From Guillardia theta CCMP2712 (Eukaryota; Protista; Cryptophyta): a stretch of DNA of 64,000 bases. The stretch spans positions 333,643-397,642 of the forward strand of contig NW_005434663.1 of NCBI RefSeq assembly GCF_000315625.1, in the 5' to 3' direction. The notes below the pieces were generated by a model, which was not told the origin of the DNA, ran no database searches, and worked only from the letters and a program-made list of their open reading frames with translations. The stretch's first letter is position 1. The number at the start of each line of letters is the position of its first letter. Below are positions 24,129 through 35,256 of this stretch, piece after piece. The position numbers and the translations under genes were made by a program.

Positions 24129-24299
24129 GCAGGGCACGGACAACGTGAGACAGGTCGAGGAGGAGGAGGAGGAGGAGGAGGAGGAGGAGGAGGAGGAGGA
24201 GGAGGAGTGAGATGATAGCAGAGCGGGTGAGAGGGGAGTGCAAGAGGGGAGGAGGGAAGGGAAGGATGGCTGGAAGGGCGAGGAGAGGCAAAATCAGTG

Positions 24300-24426
24300 C
24301 GGTATGTACAATAACAAGATGATTTGTCCTCATCATATCCCCGAAAGCGCCAAGATTGCACGTAGTCTTGGTAAGTCCTGGAAACTTCTCAGCAACGAAA
24401 GTGGAAGGGAATGAAAGCGATGCAAG

Positions 24427-24473
<47 letters not shown>

Positions 24474-24573
24474 TAGAAGTACATTTTCTAGCCGCTCGAT
24501 GGCTTTGATGGTCCTTTTCAAACAATCCGAGCTCTGATTCAAAACAAACAACGATTTCACCATCATCATCATT

Positions 24574-24618
<45 letters not shown>

Positions 24619-26329
24619 AGCAACAACAACAACAAACTGCTACCGCCTCCTCTTCCTCCTCTTCCTGTTCCCCTCCTGTTCCCCCTCTTCTCCCCATCGT
24701 CATCGATCGTGAGGGCAGATCAAGTCACCTCCAAAAGAGCTTTTCTCTCTCTAGAGTCCATGTCAAACGTTCTGCCGTTCCGTCAGCTGACTGAAATCAT
24801 CCGACACGACAACCGCAGGACTAGGAACGAAGTCATCTCTGCTTGCAGCAGAGCTCGATCTTGCACGTCCCTCGTATCCTCCCAGGACACGGGGAGGGAG
24901 GAGAGACTGCGAGAGATTGGATCAGTCTAGACGAGAGGAAAAGGAGGGAGGGGGGGAGGACAGAAGAAAGAGAACGAAGGACTTCAACACCATCAACCTT
25001 GCAAGAAGCTCGTCAAGTTGTTCCCCGAGGCTTCTTTGATCAACAGATTGAAGAATGCCCTCTGCGATTCCATCAGAGCCAACAAAGAGGTCGACATCAA
25101 CAAGAAGCCTGACAGTCTGAACTTGAAGACACAACCAGAATACATCGCAGCAGCAAGCACAACAAGACGGCAGCACAACAGAACAGCACATTCATGAAAT
25201 TTCTGCCACCTTATGACATGACGAACCTGCAGTTTTTCTGCCCGTGGAACGTTCTCTGGCCGTGGAGTTGACGAGTTTCATGTGCTCGTCGAAGGGAATA
25301 TCCGCGAGGAAGGCGCTATCCCTGACCTCTTCCATCTTCTTCTCGAATCTTTTCTTCACTATCGCCGCCTGCACCTGCTTGTACTCTTCGTACAGCTTGG
25401 TCATCTTCTCCTGCGGACTGAGATTTACCGTTGCAGCCCCCATGTGAAAATGGAAAGATGTTGAGAGACGTCGTGGGTGTGGAAAGACATGTAGGAAGAC
25501 ATGTAGAAAGACTTGTTGAAAGACATGTTGAAAGACATGTTGAAAGACATGTTGAAAGACATGTTGAAAGGCATGTTGAAGGACATGTTGAAGGACATGT
25601 TGAAAGAAATGTCGACATGTATTTCATCACCTGCAAGCTCTTCAGGATCTCAACACTCCTTGCCGTCATCACAGCATCTCGTTTCGGAACCGCCGACGCC
25701 ACGATGTACGGCTTGTCATGTACGAGAGCAAGGAGCTGCAGCCGACCAAACGCTCTCACCAGACTCCTCGTCTCCTCTGCAGCCACAACTTTGACCAGAA
25801 TGGCCGTTGACCCGGACAGAAAGCCGACGTTGCCACCCGTCGGCTCTCTGCTGTTTGCGCCGGACACGTATGCCATGCTCGCATTCTTGGCGAGAGTTTC
25901 GCGCAGGAGAAGCTCATCGGAGGGTTTGCTGGCTGAGATCCACTTCTCCTCTCCCGGAAAGATTTCTTCTCCGAACACTTTGACCAGCACAGGTATGTCT
26001 ATAGCGTTCTTCTTGGAAGCATCGTAGCCCTTGGCCGACGTGAACATCCATTCATCGCTCCCTGTCATTCTCAGCATAACCTGAGAAGATCTCAAGCTCG
26101 CTCTCCTATGATTCTTGTCTATCCTTCCTATCAGGCAACATCGTCGTCGTTGACCCTGGCACCTTGCCACCTTGCATGGCAGATATCCCACGAACCCAGC
26201 ACAAGGCTGCATCCTCCCATCTCCTCTCATCGTCTTTCCCTGCAAGCTCTCTTCTCCCATCGTCGCTCCAACCGTCATCATCCCCCCTGCCATGGCTACT
26301 AACAAACACAGCCCCAGCACACCTTGCAT
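24300..26329 (-). CDS. Plastid-targeted protein with a Lon N-terminal (substrate-binding)-like domain
   Basis: Signal peptide MQGVLGLCLLVAMAGG, then AGFV and an Arg-rich transit ending VMLRM. IPVLV...IFPG...LVRAFGRLQLLALVHDKPYIVASA matches Lon-N. No AAA or protease motifs seen. 3' exons uncertain. Confidence 0.55.
25482..25606. repeat. 12-bp tandem repeat (TGTTGAAAGACA) in an intron
   Basis: About 10 degenerate copies; produces the STCL and ERHV ORF repeats. Confidence 0.9.
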
Positions 26330-26444
26330 TTTTTCGGCCCCTACCCCCTTCTCAGTACCCCACTAGTCCCATTTTACTCCGTACTAATTAACCACCCCCA
26401 CCCCTCCATCATGAGCTCCCATTAGTCGGGGAATTTTATCAACG

Positions 26445-28371
26445 ATGCGACGCCTGGCGGTAGCGGCGCTCCTGAGCCTCATGGCGCCCTCAGCCTTCTC
26501 CTCCTCTTTGTCCCCCCCTTCTCCTTCTTTGTCCCCCCCTTCTCCTTCTTTGTCCCCACCCTCTCCTTCACTCTCCTCCTCCTCTCCTTCACTCTCCTCT
26601 TCCTCCTCTTCAAAGTCCTGCTCCTCCCCTTCACTCTCTTCCTCCTCGCTCTTTGCTTTCTTCGCACCTCCTGCTCCTCCATCACCTCTAACAAGGTATC
26701 GACGCTGCTCTCCTCGTGCTGGAGCCCTCCCCAGCTTCTTTGCCTTACCAGGCAGTCGTCGATCTCCCCTTTGCAGCCCCCTCCAGCACAGCCATGGCAC
26801 TGGCGAAGGTGAGGAAGGAGGAGGGCAGGTCCATTGGAGTGTGGAGGACCTGGAATTGCTCTCGAGGAAGGAGCTTCAGGACCTTGCGAAGCAGTGGGGG
26901 ATCAGAGCCAACAAGAAGAACGAGGAGATCAGAGCAGAGCTCCTCTCCCTCAGCAGCGGAGGAGCCAGCGAGCAACCGATCGCAACAGAGGACAACTCCG
27001 TCATGACGGGAGAGGAGGAGGACCAGAAGCTGCTGAGCTTGCCCAAAGCTCATGCGTTAGACGGTATCGGCTCGTTGACAGTGGACGACACAGTCGAGCT
27101 CGCTTGCGTCCGCGCCTCCTTCGGTCCCCGCTGGACCAGCATTTCTGGATTTGCTGCCTTCGAGGAGGACAAGGAAACAACGGAGGGACGCGGCAAGAAC
27201 AGCCGAAAGATCATGATCATGCGCAGAGGAGGAGAATCGTTCGTAGCGAAGGCCTTGCGAGCTCAGGTGATGTATAGAAGTTACGCAGAGCCTGTAGTAC
27301 TAACGAACGAGCAGCAGTCGGCGTCGGACGCGCTTCTGATCTTGAACTCAGACGACCAACTCTTCGCTCCCGGCGACCCGAACAACATCGGAGGCGACGT
27401 CAAGATTCCTGTGTTTCTTACATCCAAGGATAGCGAGCAGTACATCCAACCGGTGAGAACATCTGCCACGTGCAGGATGCTGCGGAAATGATGATGATGT
27501 TGTTGTTCTTGTTTCCAGGATTCTTTCTTGGAAATCTTCGTATTCGATGCAGAGACGCTGGAGGAGGAGATTATACAAGAGAATAAGATCAAGCGTAGGC
27601 GCAACGTGCTGATCCTGCCTCATCAATTGCTAACTGGGTCTGTGCAGCAAAGCGGGAGAAGCCTGAGAAGAAAATTCGCGAGCTCGTCGATGCTGAACGA
27701 GCGGACGCTAGCGCTGGGTCGGCTGAGCGGCCAACGGCACAGCCAAGGGAGGACACACGTGCCCCGATTGGCCGAGTGGAGGAGAGGAGAAGACCTGCCC
27801 CGATGGAACCAGGGGAGGAGAGGAGAAGACCTGCCCCGATGGGACCAGGGGAGGAGAGGAGGAGACCTGCAGCAGGGAGCGACATGAGAGAGGTGGCTTC
27901 CCTTGGACGAGAGAGAGCTCCGAGAGAAGCTCGCTCCTCCTCCCAGATGCCGATGGACAAGCCGAGCAGGAGAGACAGAGAGCCCCCGGCAGAGAGGAGG
28001 GAGAGGGTGGAAAGGAGACCCGGCAACGCAGGTGAGATCTAGGTGGACATCTTTCCTACCCTCGTTCTCATCCCTTGCCAGACTCCTCGAGACGTCCTCG
28101 GCGGGTCGACCGATCCCAGCTGGAGGGCGTGACCTTGAAGGATATGGTGACGTGGCTAGCGACAGACATCGGGTATGACGAGATGTTTCAGAGTGAGTAG
28201 GAGAGCGCGGGGACGTTCGATCCTCACCCTGACGCAGGGACTGGCATCCGCTGCTTCGGGAACGATCCCTCCCTGTCCTCGAGCCTCAAGTTCCTCCGGA
28301 AGAAAGAGAACGAGTGGGGCAGGAAGAAGATTGAGGACCTCTACTTGGAGGTCATGCAGAGCAGAATGTGA
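26445..28371 (+). CDS. Signal/transit-peptide protein with SAP/HeH-like, PA (protease-associated) and C-terminal DUF2132/VF530 domains
   Basis: [47 protein letters not shown] (SAP/HeH). ASFGP...[19 protein letters not shown]...ALLILNSDD...VKIPVFLTS (PA). [20 protein letters not shown]|...[35 protein letters not shown] (DUF2132). Stop at 28369-28371. Confidence 0.75.
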
Positions 28372-28489
28372 CGTGGTCGCAAGAAAAGAGGGGAGGGAGG
28401 GAGGGAGGGAGGGAGGGAGGGAGGAGATTTCTCGGGAGCGGGACAGACGAGGCAGAGCACTGGGCTTGATGTTCTTTATCGTACAAGGC

Positions 28490-31400
28490 CTATGGTGCGT
28501 TCGACTCTCTCTTGCAAATGAAAGGCAACCTTGAGTCACAGCGGACCGTCTGCTCATGGTGTCACCTTTCCTTCCTCCCTTCTCCCCTCCACCTCCTCCT
28601 CACCTGCATCTGCGCCTGCCACACCATCTCCGTGCACCACTGGTTGCCGCCTGCATTCGACGGCTGGCCGGACTGCCACCTTGTGTTGGCGTACGTGTTG
28701 TCGGTGCTGTCGGTGAAGCGGTACATCCCGTTGAGACCACCTGCCCGACGTCAGCTGGGCTGTTGCGCCTCCGACGGGACCATCTCACCCGAGTCGGACA
28801 TCCTCCTGAGACCCACCCAGAAATGAGTGTGGCCGAACAGCCGCACCGCCATCTCCATCTCGTCCACCGACTGGTAGCTGGGGGGGAGACGGTCAACGAC
28901 GGCAGGTCGCCTCCTCGCGGCCTACCTGAACACATGCCCCCCCCAGGCCCGACAGACGTGCTCGGCCTCCTCAAAGGTCCGGGCCTCCTGTCGGGGGGTG
29001 TAGCACCATCCTCCGAAGCGCTCCTGCGAGTCTGTCAGAAGCGCCGGGCAAGGCAGGTTGCCTATCACCGTGTCGGTCCCCCAGAAGTGAGGAGAAGGGT
29101 ACAGGTCTCCAATCTGCTCATCGTCAGACTGAAGGAGAAAGTCCTCCACCCTCACCTTGCACGAGGCAGCCCTGAGAGACGCGTCTCTTCCGTCGACTCC
29201 CTGCACCACATTCAGCAGTCGTGCATGCTACCCACCCACGTCCACCTGGATGCCAGGAACTCCAGGATTTCCGTTCTCCCCTGGCGCGCCGTTGCTGCCT
29301 GCACGCGAAGGAAGTTAGTGAGGCTTTTCCGGTCCACAACCCTCCGATGCTCTCACCCGCTGCGCCAGGCGAGCCGTCGGATCCTGGAGCTCCTGCAGCT
29401 CCGTTCTCTCCGGAGTCACCCGGCACGCCTGCCATAGGAATCAATGAGCCCCATCAACGGCTGAATCATTAAAGACCGTTTTCGCCGTTATCTCCGGGCG
29501 GACCGATGACGGCAGTCCCGGGGATCCCAACAATTCCTGCAGGCCCAGAACAATTCACTTCGAGCCAATCATATCCATCCTAATCGTCACCTTGGGCTCC
29601 GTTGACTCCCTGAGGGCCAGGAATGCCCGCAGGTCCGAGCTGTCCAACAGCACCCTCGGCTCCGTTCTGCATCAGCCAAGTCATGGGAGCTCGGGGGACA
29701 CGAACAGCACTAGTGCAGTCAAACTCACAGGTCCATTAGGTCCCGGCGCTCCCGGCATTCCATCTGGTCCAGGTGGACCTGCTGCACCCTAGCACGAGAA
29801 AGCCTATCAGGTCTCGACGAAGCCACCAGGATCGTTGTGCTCTTACCCTAGCTCCAGTTCTTCCGGGCAATCCCTGGTTGCCCCGAGGTCCCGTGGGTCC
29901 CGGCCAACCCTACAAGACGTCTCAGCAAGCGTCTCATGACGACAGTTCTTTGACCTGGATGCCCCGAATGCCTTGTGGACCCGGCGGACCCGGAGGGCCA
30001 ACCTACACGCGGGCATATCAGCTGCGGCCATGCTGGGCCAGGCATTGCAAACACGATTGACTTACCTGCCCTTCAACTCCATCGGTCCCTGGGAATCCTT
30101 GCCGACCTCTCAGTCCAGGAAGACCCGGGAACCCTGCAAGCCAAACAAGGTCAGCGCGACATCCAGACGCCAACTGATTCCTACCTGATGGCCCCCTGAG
30201 GCCAGGTGGACCCATCGCTCCACGAGGTCCAGGACGACCCTGAACGTTCAGTCACGAATGTGTGCAAAGAAGACTTGGATCCAACGACGAGCGACACTGG
30301 AGAGTCGATTACCTCGTCACCGTCGACGCCGGTGAACCCAGGCTTCCCTGGCAACCCCCGATCTCCTGGAAGCCCTCTTGGTCCTCTGGGTCCTCGAGCT
30401 CCACGGGGACCCGCAGGACCTGCCAGCATCCTGTCATCCCTTCCGTCATGCGGCAGATACAAGTGCCCACCAGGGTTTCCAGGTACGCCAGGGTCACCTT
30501 CTGGACCCTGCGGCCCCTGCTTGCCCGGAGGGCCTACGATGCTCTCGCCCGCGGCACCCGGAGGTCCGGGTTGACCTGGAAGGCCTCGAGGACCAGGGGG
30601 GCCAGGAGACATGCGCTCTTGCCGAACCTTCTCCATCTCGAGCTTCAGTTGACGATCCTTCTCCCTCAAGCCGTGGATTGTATCTTGCAGGCTCGACTCC
30701 CTACTCGTCAACTTCACAAGATTCTGTCTCAGATGCTCCAGATGGTCCAGCTGACGCCTGAAGTGCCACCGATCCTCGATCTTCAGCGTCTTCAGTTTGT
30801 CCTTGACAACAGACATGACTTGAGCCGCAGCTTCGTGGGACGCCGTGGGCAGCAAAGTGCCATCAACATCCCTGACAACATTGCTCGGGTGTTGGGGCGG
30901 GACAGAGCCAACCAGGTAAGGTGGTGGAAGTGATGAAGCAACCGAGAGATCCTAGCAATCGAAACCATCAATCGACGCTGTTACGACGTTGCCGCTAGAC
31001 ATTACCTGCCAAGTATGGTATGGCGTGTCCTCCATATCTTGTCCGATGGTAGACACCGCAGCTAAGGACGACTGTGTTGGAGATGTTGTCTGGTCGTGAT
31101 TAATTTCATGTCAACGAGAAACATTCGCTAATGGAGAGCATCATTTGCAACCTTGATGGTGACGTAGAGAACGAAGACGGCAGCAGTGCAGCTCAGAAGA
31201 AGATACTTCATTCTTCCATTTCGCCACAGTCCTGGAGTCATGAAAAAGATAAGAGTGATATAATTGATCAAAGCCTCGACATAGACACAAGACATCGCCA
31301 TCATCCAATAATCAACGAGGTGCTCTGTCGATTTCACCCCTGATCGAGACCGGCATGGCAAGAAGTGAATTGACGAGTTACCGCCGGAGCACGCAACTCA

Positions 31401-31507
31401 TCTCAAGGAGCACATGACAATGTGCTTATGGCAGATAACATGTAAACTCGTTCAGCATCTTCACCTCTGCCGCCTTCACCTTCCGCTCCTGCCGCCACCG
31501 CCGGCAT
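28490..31507 (-). CDS. Type II membrane protein: TM, coiled coil, collagen (Gly-X-Y)n, C-type lectin domain
   Basis: [21 protein letters not shown] (about 31155-31210). Coiled coil [11 protein letters not shown]...[27 protein letters not shown]... spread over about 10 small exons (30610-29200). CTLD: FGGWCY...[17 protein letters not shown]...FWVGLRR...[33 protein letters not shown]...[11 protein letters not shown]. Start codon uncertain. Confidence 0.85.
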
Positions 31508-32403
31508 GGCGGCTCTTCGCTCCAAAGCCCTCATACCGCAATTCGCACACAGCACCCTCCATGGTTGAGACCCCTACCCACCCAGAAAACCTGAAAAGTA
31601 TGACGATGAAGGGTACCTTCTAGTACCCCCACCCTTAGTAATCCCAACAAATAGAGGCTCGTAACCTAAATGCGAAAATCTTTAGTGTAGCGCCACGCTG
31701 AGCGCAACCGGCGCCGGGCCCGGAGCGGGGATGAGGGGGGTTGGGGCCGTAACTGTCAAGTTGTTGAGTGATCACTTCTGTTCCCCACTACCCACGGGCC
31801 CCACCCACCCCCCTGATAGTACCCCGGAGCATACAGTCTAATATACCCCTACCCCACTGTCATCCCTCAAATCACCCCCGGTTCCCAGTTCTACAGGCAG
31901 TCCCGGGTGGTACAACCCTACCCCTCAGAGTCCATCAACCGACGATCAGTGACCCCCAACACCCCTGCTGCCAATACTGAGAATTTCATACCCTACCCTA
32001 CCCTACAATACCCAGGAGTTTGTTCCGTGTACTACCCCTATATGACAAGGAAAAATACCATACCAGCAGCTACCCACTACCCACCCCTGTTAGGAACATG
32101 CCGTCCCCTTCGCTCTATGCAGCCAGATATCAGATGCATTTCTGGGACAGTCTGCGCTGACTTGCGATCATGCTACGAGGCACTTCATGATGCATACAAA
32201 ATCATGAGCACATCGTCGTATCCATGGCAGAGGCACATAGGAGGACAAGCCCATCCATTGTTCACTCCCTGTTTCCTGCTCTGTTGCTCATATTTACTTA
32301 CTTTTCATTCACGTTTCGTTTCCGATGCGTTTTCCCATTTCCTTTTCCTGTATTCCAGCGGCTGATTTCTTCGAGTAGGTCTACTAGGATGAGCTGAAAA
32401 CAG

Positions 32404-35256
32404 ATGGAGATATCTTGTTGCAAACTGGAAGATCACAGGAGAATGGAGCCAGCCGGGGTAGCCTTTCCATGTTTAAACAGGCATGAGGAGGCCGAGATGC
32501 CCTTCAAATAAGTATGCGATCAGCTCTACAGGGTCAGTTATACAAGCTGCATGATCCATCCACGTATGGATCCGGAAGTCCTCTTGGCAAGAAGGTGAGG
32601 AGGCCGTCCAAAGCCTCTCTGGTCAAAGAGAAGATTTCCAGAAAGCTCGACAACGAGGAGGAGGATGCGAATGGCCTCCCTGCCCTCCCCGTTCGCTACT
32701 GCCAAGAGGAGCCCCCCCTCCTCGGTTACTCCTTCCAGGACTGGCACCACAGGCTCTGCGAAGTTTGTCCCAACGTTGCTGAATTCCGCTATGCTAGCAA
32801 GAGCCAATTGGATCCTAAAGACCCCTCGATGAGTCGTCATGCGCCGAGGATGAAGCGCGTGGGATACATCCAGGCGTCAACAGAAGTAATGAGTGGAGAC
32901 AAGGTGAGCTTCCGCCTAGTGCCCTCTGAGTCCTTCTCCAGTCCGAGCGCAACTGGTTTTAGTGGTCTTTGAGTGTTTTTCAGGTTGAAGTTCAAGATTT
33001 TTCAACGGGGGAGAAATTAGGACTGTGGACGTTCGAGATCACTTTCTACAACTTGGAATCTGCATTTGTTGGCAAGAGGACGTACGTGTTTGGCCATCCC
33101 CAGGTATCAAAGGTCACACCTTTTCTGTTCGATGGGATGATTCTGTTATCGAGGTTTCGACAAGGCAGAGTTGGATCGATTTCATCATGAGCATCATCGC
33201 AGACAAGCAAAGGCTCTCCAACGACAACTACTTCAGCTATCTCGCAAAAAGTCTGAGCATCACCGGCGAGATTTGGCAGAAGGGAGACACAGGGTGCACG
33301 GGGATCGACAAGACCGCATGGAAGAAGGTAAGGGTCGTACCTCGGCAGCAAGTGCATACAGTCAATCTGTCTGGTGGCAGGCGAGATTGAAGAACGGGAA
33401 AGTCTTCACAGATTGCCAGAAAGTCTTCGACCGCTTCGCAGTTCCAGCCGCTCATGCATCAACGATGGAACTTGCAAGCAGCGACGAGGAGCATCTGGTC
33501 AGTCAAACTGGCGAGATTGGATGTTTCTGATGTTGGAGGAAGATGTTGGCAGAGAACAAGCTGATTTCTGCCCTCTCCGACCTTGGATTGGATGTTTCGG
33601 ACGGTCTGGCATGACTGGCAATAGAATTCTCCTCTGACAGTCAATTGCTTGCAGATCAGGTTCAAGGAATCACAAAGGAATTGAATCTAAAGAGAACTTA
33701 CGAGTCTGGCTACACTTTTTCAGGTGTGAATGCTCTAAATATTGACTCGATCCCGTTGCTTGTTTTTGGACAAACTAATTGGTTTTTCCTTCTTCGGCTC
33801 CTTTCATGGCTCTTTCTTGCCAACAGAATTCTTCCTTGTGTTCAAAAGTTTCTATCAGAATCAGTCAATGGCTCCTTCCGAGATTGTTAAGGTTGAAATA
33901 TCCCTCATCATTCCTGTCGTTTGGTCTCCGACATGTGAAACAGGAGAAGCTCATGCAAATCATGCACAAATCGAAGAACACCTTCCTTAAGGTGTTCTTA
34001 TACAGATAGAACGATGAGAGATCAACGAGATTTTCGTGATGCCCAAGACAGATGTTGAGCGAGGAAGAGCAGCGTACGCTGATCGAAGGATTTGGCAAGG
34101 TGTGCTCTCCCACCGAGACCTCTATAACCCATCGTTGACCTTTGGCAGGATGGCAAACCGAACTGCGTGTTCAAGACCTTCAACTGCGGCGCAGTTCTTG
34201 TTCATCAGGTGTGGACAACAGGCCAGTAAAACTTGGCTGACGGCAAGCAGGGAGACGAAGGAGACTCGATGTTCATCGTTGTTGAGGGACAGGTGGCTGA
34301 GAAGTGGATAAACTGTCTTCCTCCTTCCTCATTTTCCCCTTCAGCTCAGTGTGCTCGTCTCCTTCGGGTCCGGGGCTGAGGCGTACAGGAAGGAGGTATC
34401 AGCTGCCACTGTCCAGCTGTGCTCCTCGTTGATGGGCATCACCTCAGGTTGCTGTACTGCCTAGCGGAGCTGTAATGGGAGAGATGAGGTTTCCTTTTCC
34501 CTTCCTCATTCTACTCGTTCTCACGTACCGACCTTCGTCGAGCAGTCTTGTGCTGGGCAAACCCAGGAGCGCAACATGTCTAGTCAAGTCCGACACTTGT
34601 TCTGTAGCCGAGATCACCAAAGGTTTTCCTCGTCAGTGTCTTCCCCCGCAGCATTGACAGGTTGACTTGCGTCCCGAGCAGGCGCCCTCACCGCCCTTCT
34701 GCAATCGCGACCCTATCTGGCCCGAGAGCTGGAAGAGATCGTACACCGACGTGACACTTCGAACTATCTCCTCGGTGAGAAGAGGACGAAGGAGGAGGAC
34801 GAAGGGGGGAGAGAGGGACGGAAGGACGAGGACGAGGACGAGGACAAGGAGGGTTGGAGCGGAAGGAGCAGGTTGAGGTGACTTTTGATTGCCTGCTAGC
34901 TGGATCCGCTGCCGCCATGCTCGCATATCGTTCGCGGGCGCGCGACAAGTTTAGCTCGAAGGGGAAGGAAGCGGAAGAAGACGATGGGGACAAGCTTAAG
35001 CAACCCAGCGAGAGAGGCTCCACCGGCATCCTGCCGCGGTACAACAGGGTGGTGACAAGGAAAAACAGGAATCAACGATCCAAGTCCCAGGTCCTCCCTG
35101 TGCTGCTGACCCCTGTTGTCTCATGCTCCTTCATAGATGAGCTCTTATCCTGAGAGCGTCACTGAATCCCTTCCCCTGATCAAGGGACAACCGCGCAAGG
35201 TCAGGACGGGCGTCTGGGTACGATGCAGGGATGGATACCTCCTCTCCTTCGATTAG
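32404..35256 (+). CDS. Multi-exon protein with a C-terminal cyclic nucleotide-binding domain
   Basis: KTFNCGAVLVHQ|GDEGDSMFIVVEG|QLSV...VAVLPSGAVMGEM|SLVLGKPRSATCLVKSDTCSVAEI is the canonical CNBD with GE...PRSAT. N-terminal region not recognised. Ends approximate. Confidence 0.75.

Noticed and set aside
21439-24361. Long antisense ORFs opposite the IQ gene, and likewise opposite RPN2, VTE3 and the cyclins
   Set aside because: Shadow ORFs of GC-rich coding sequence with no independent motifs.
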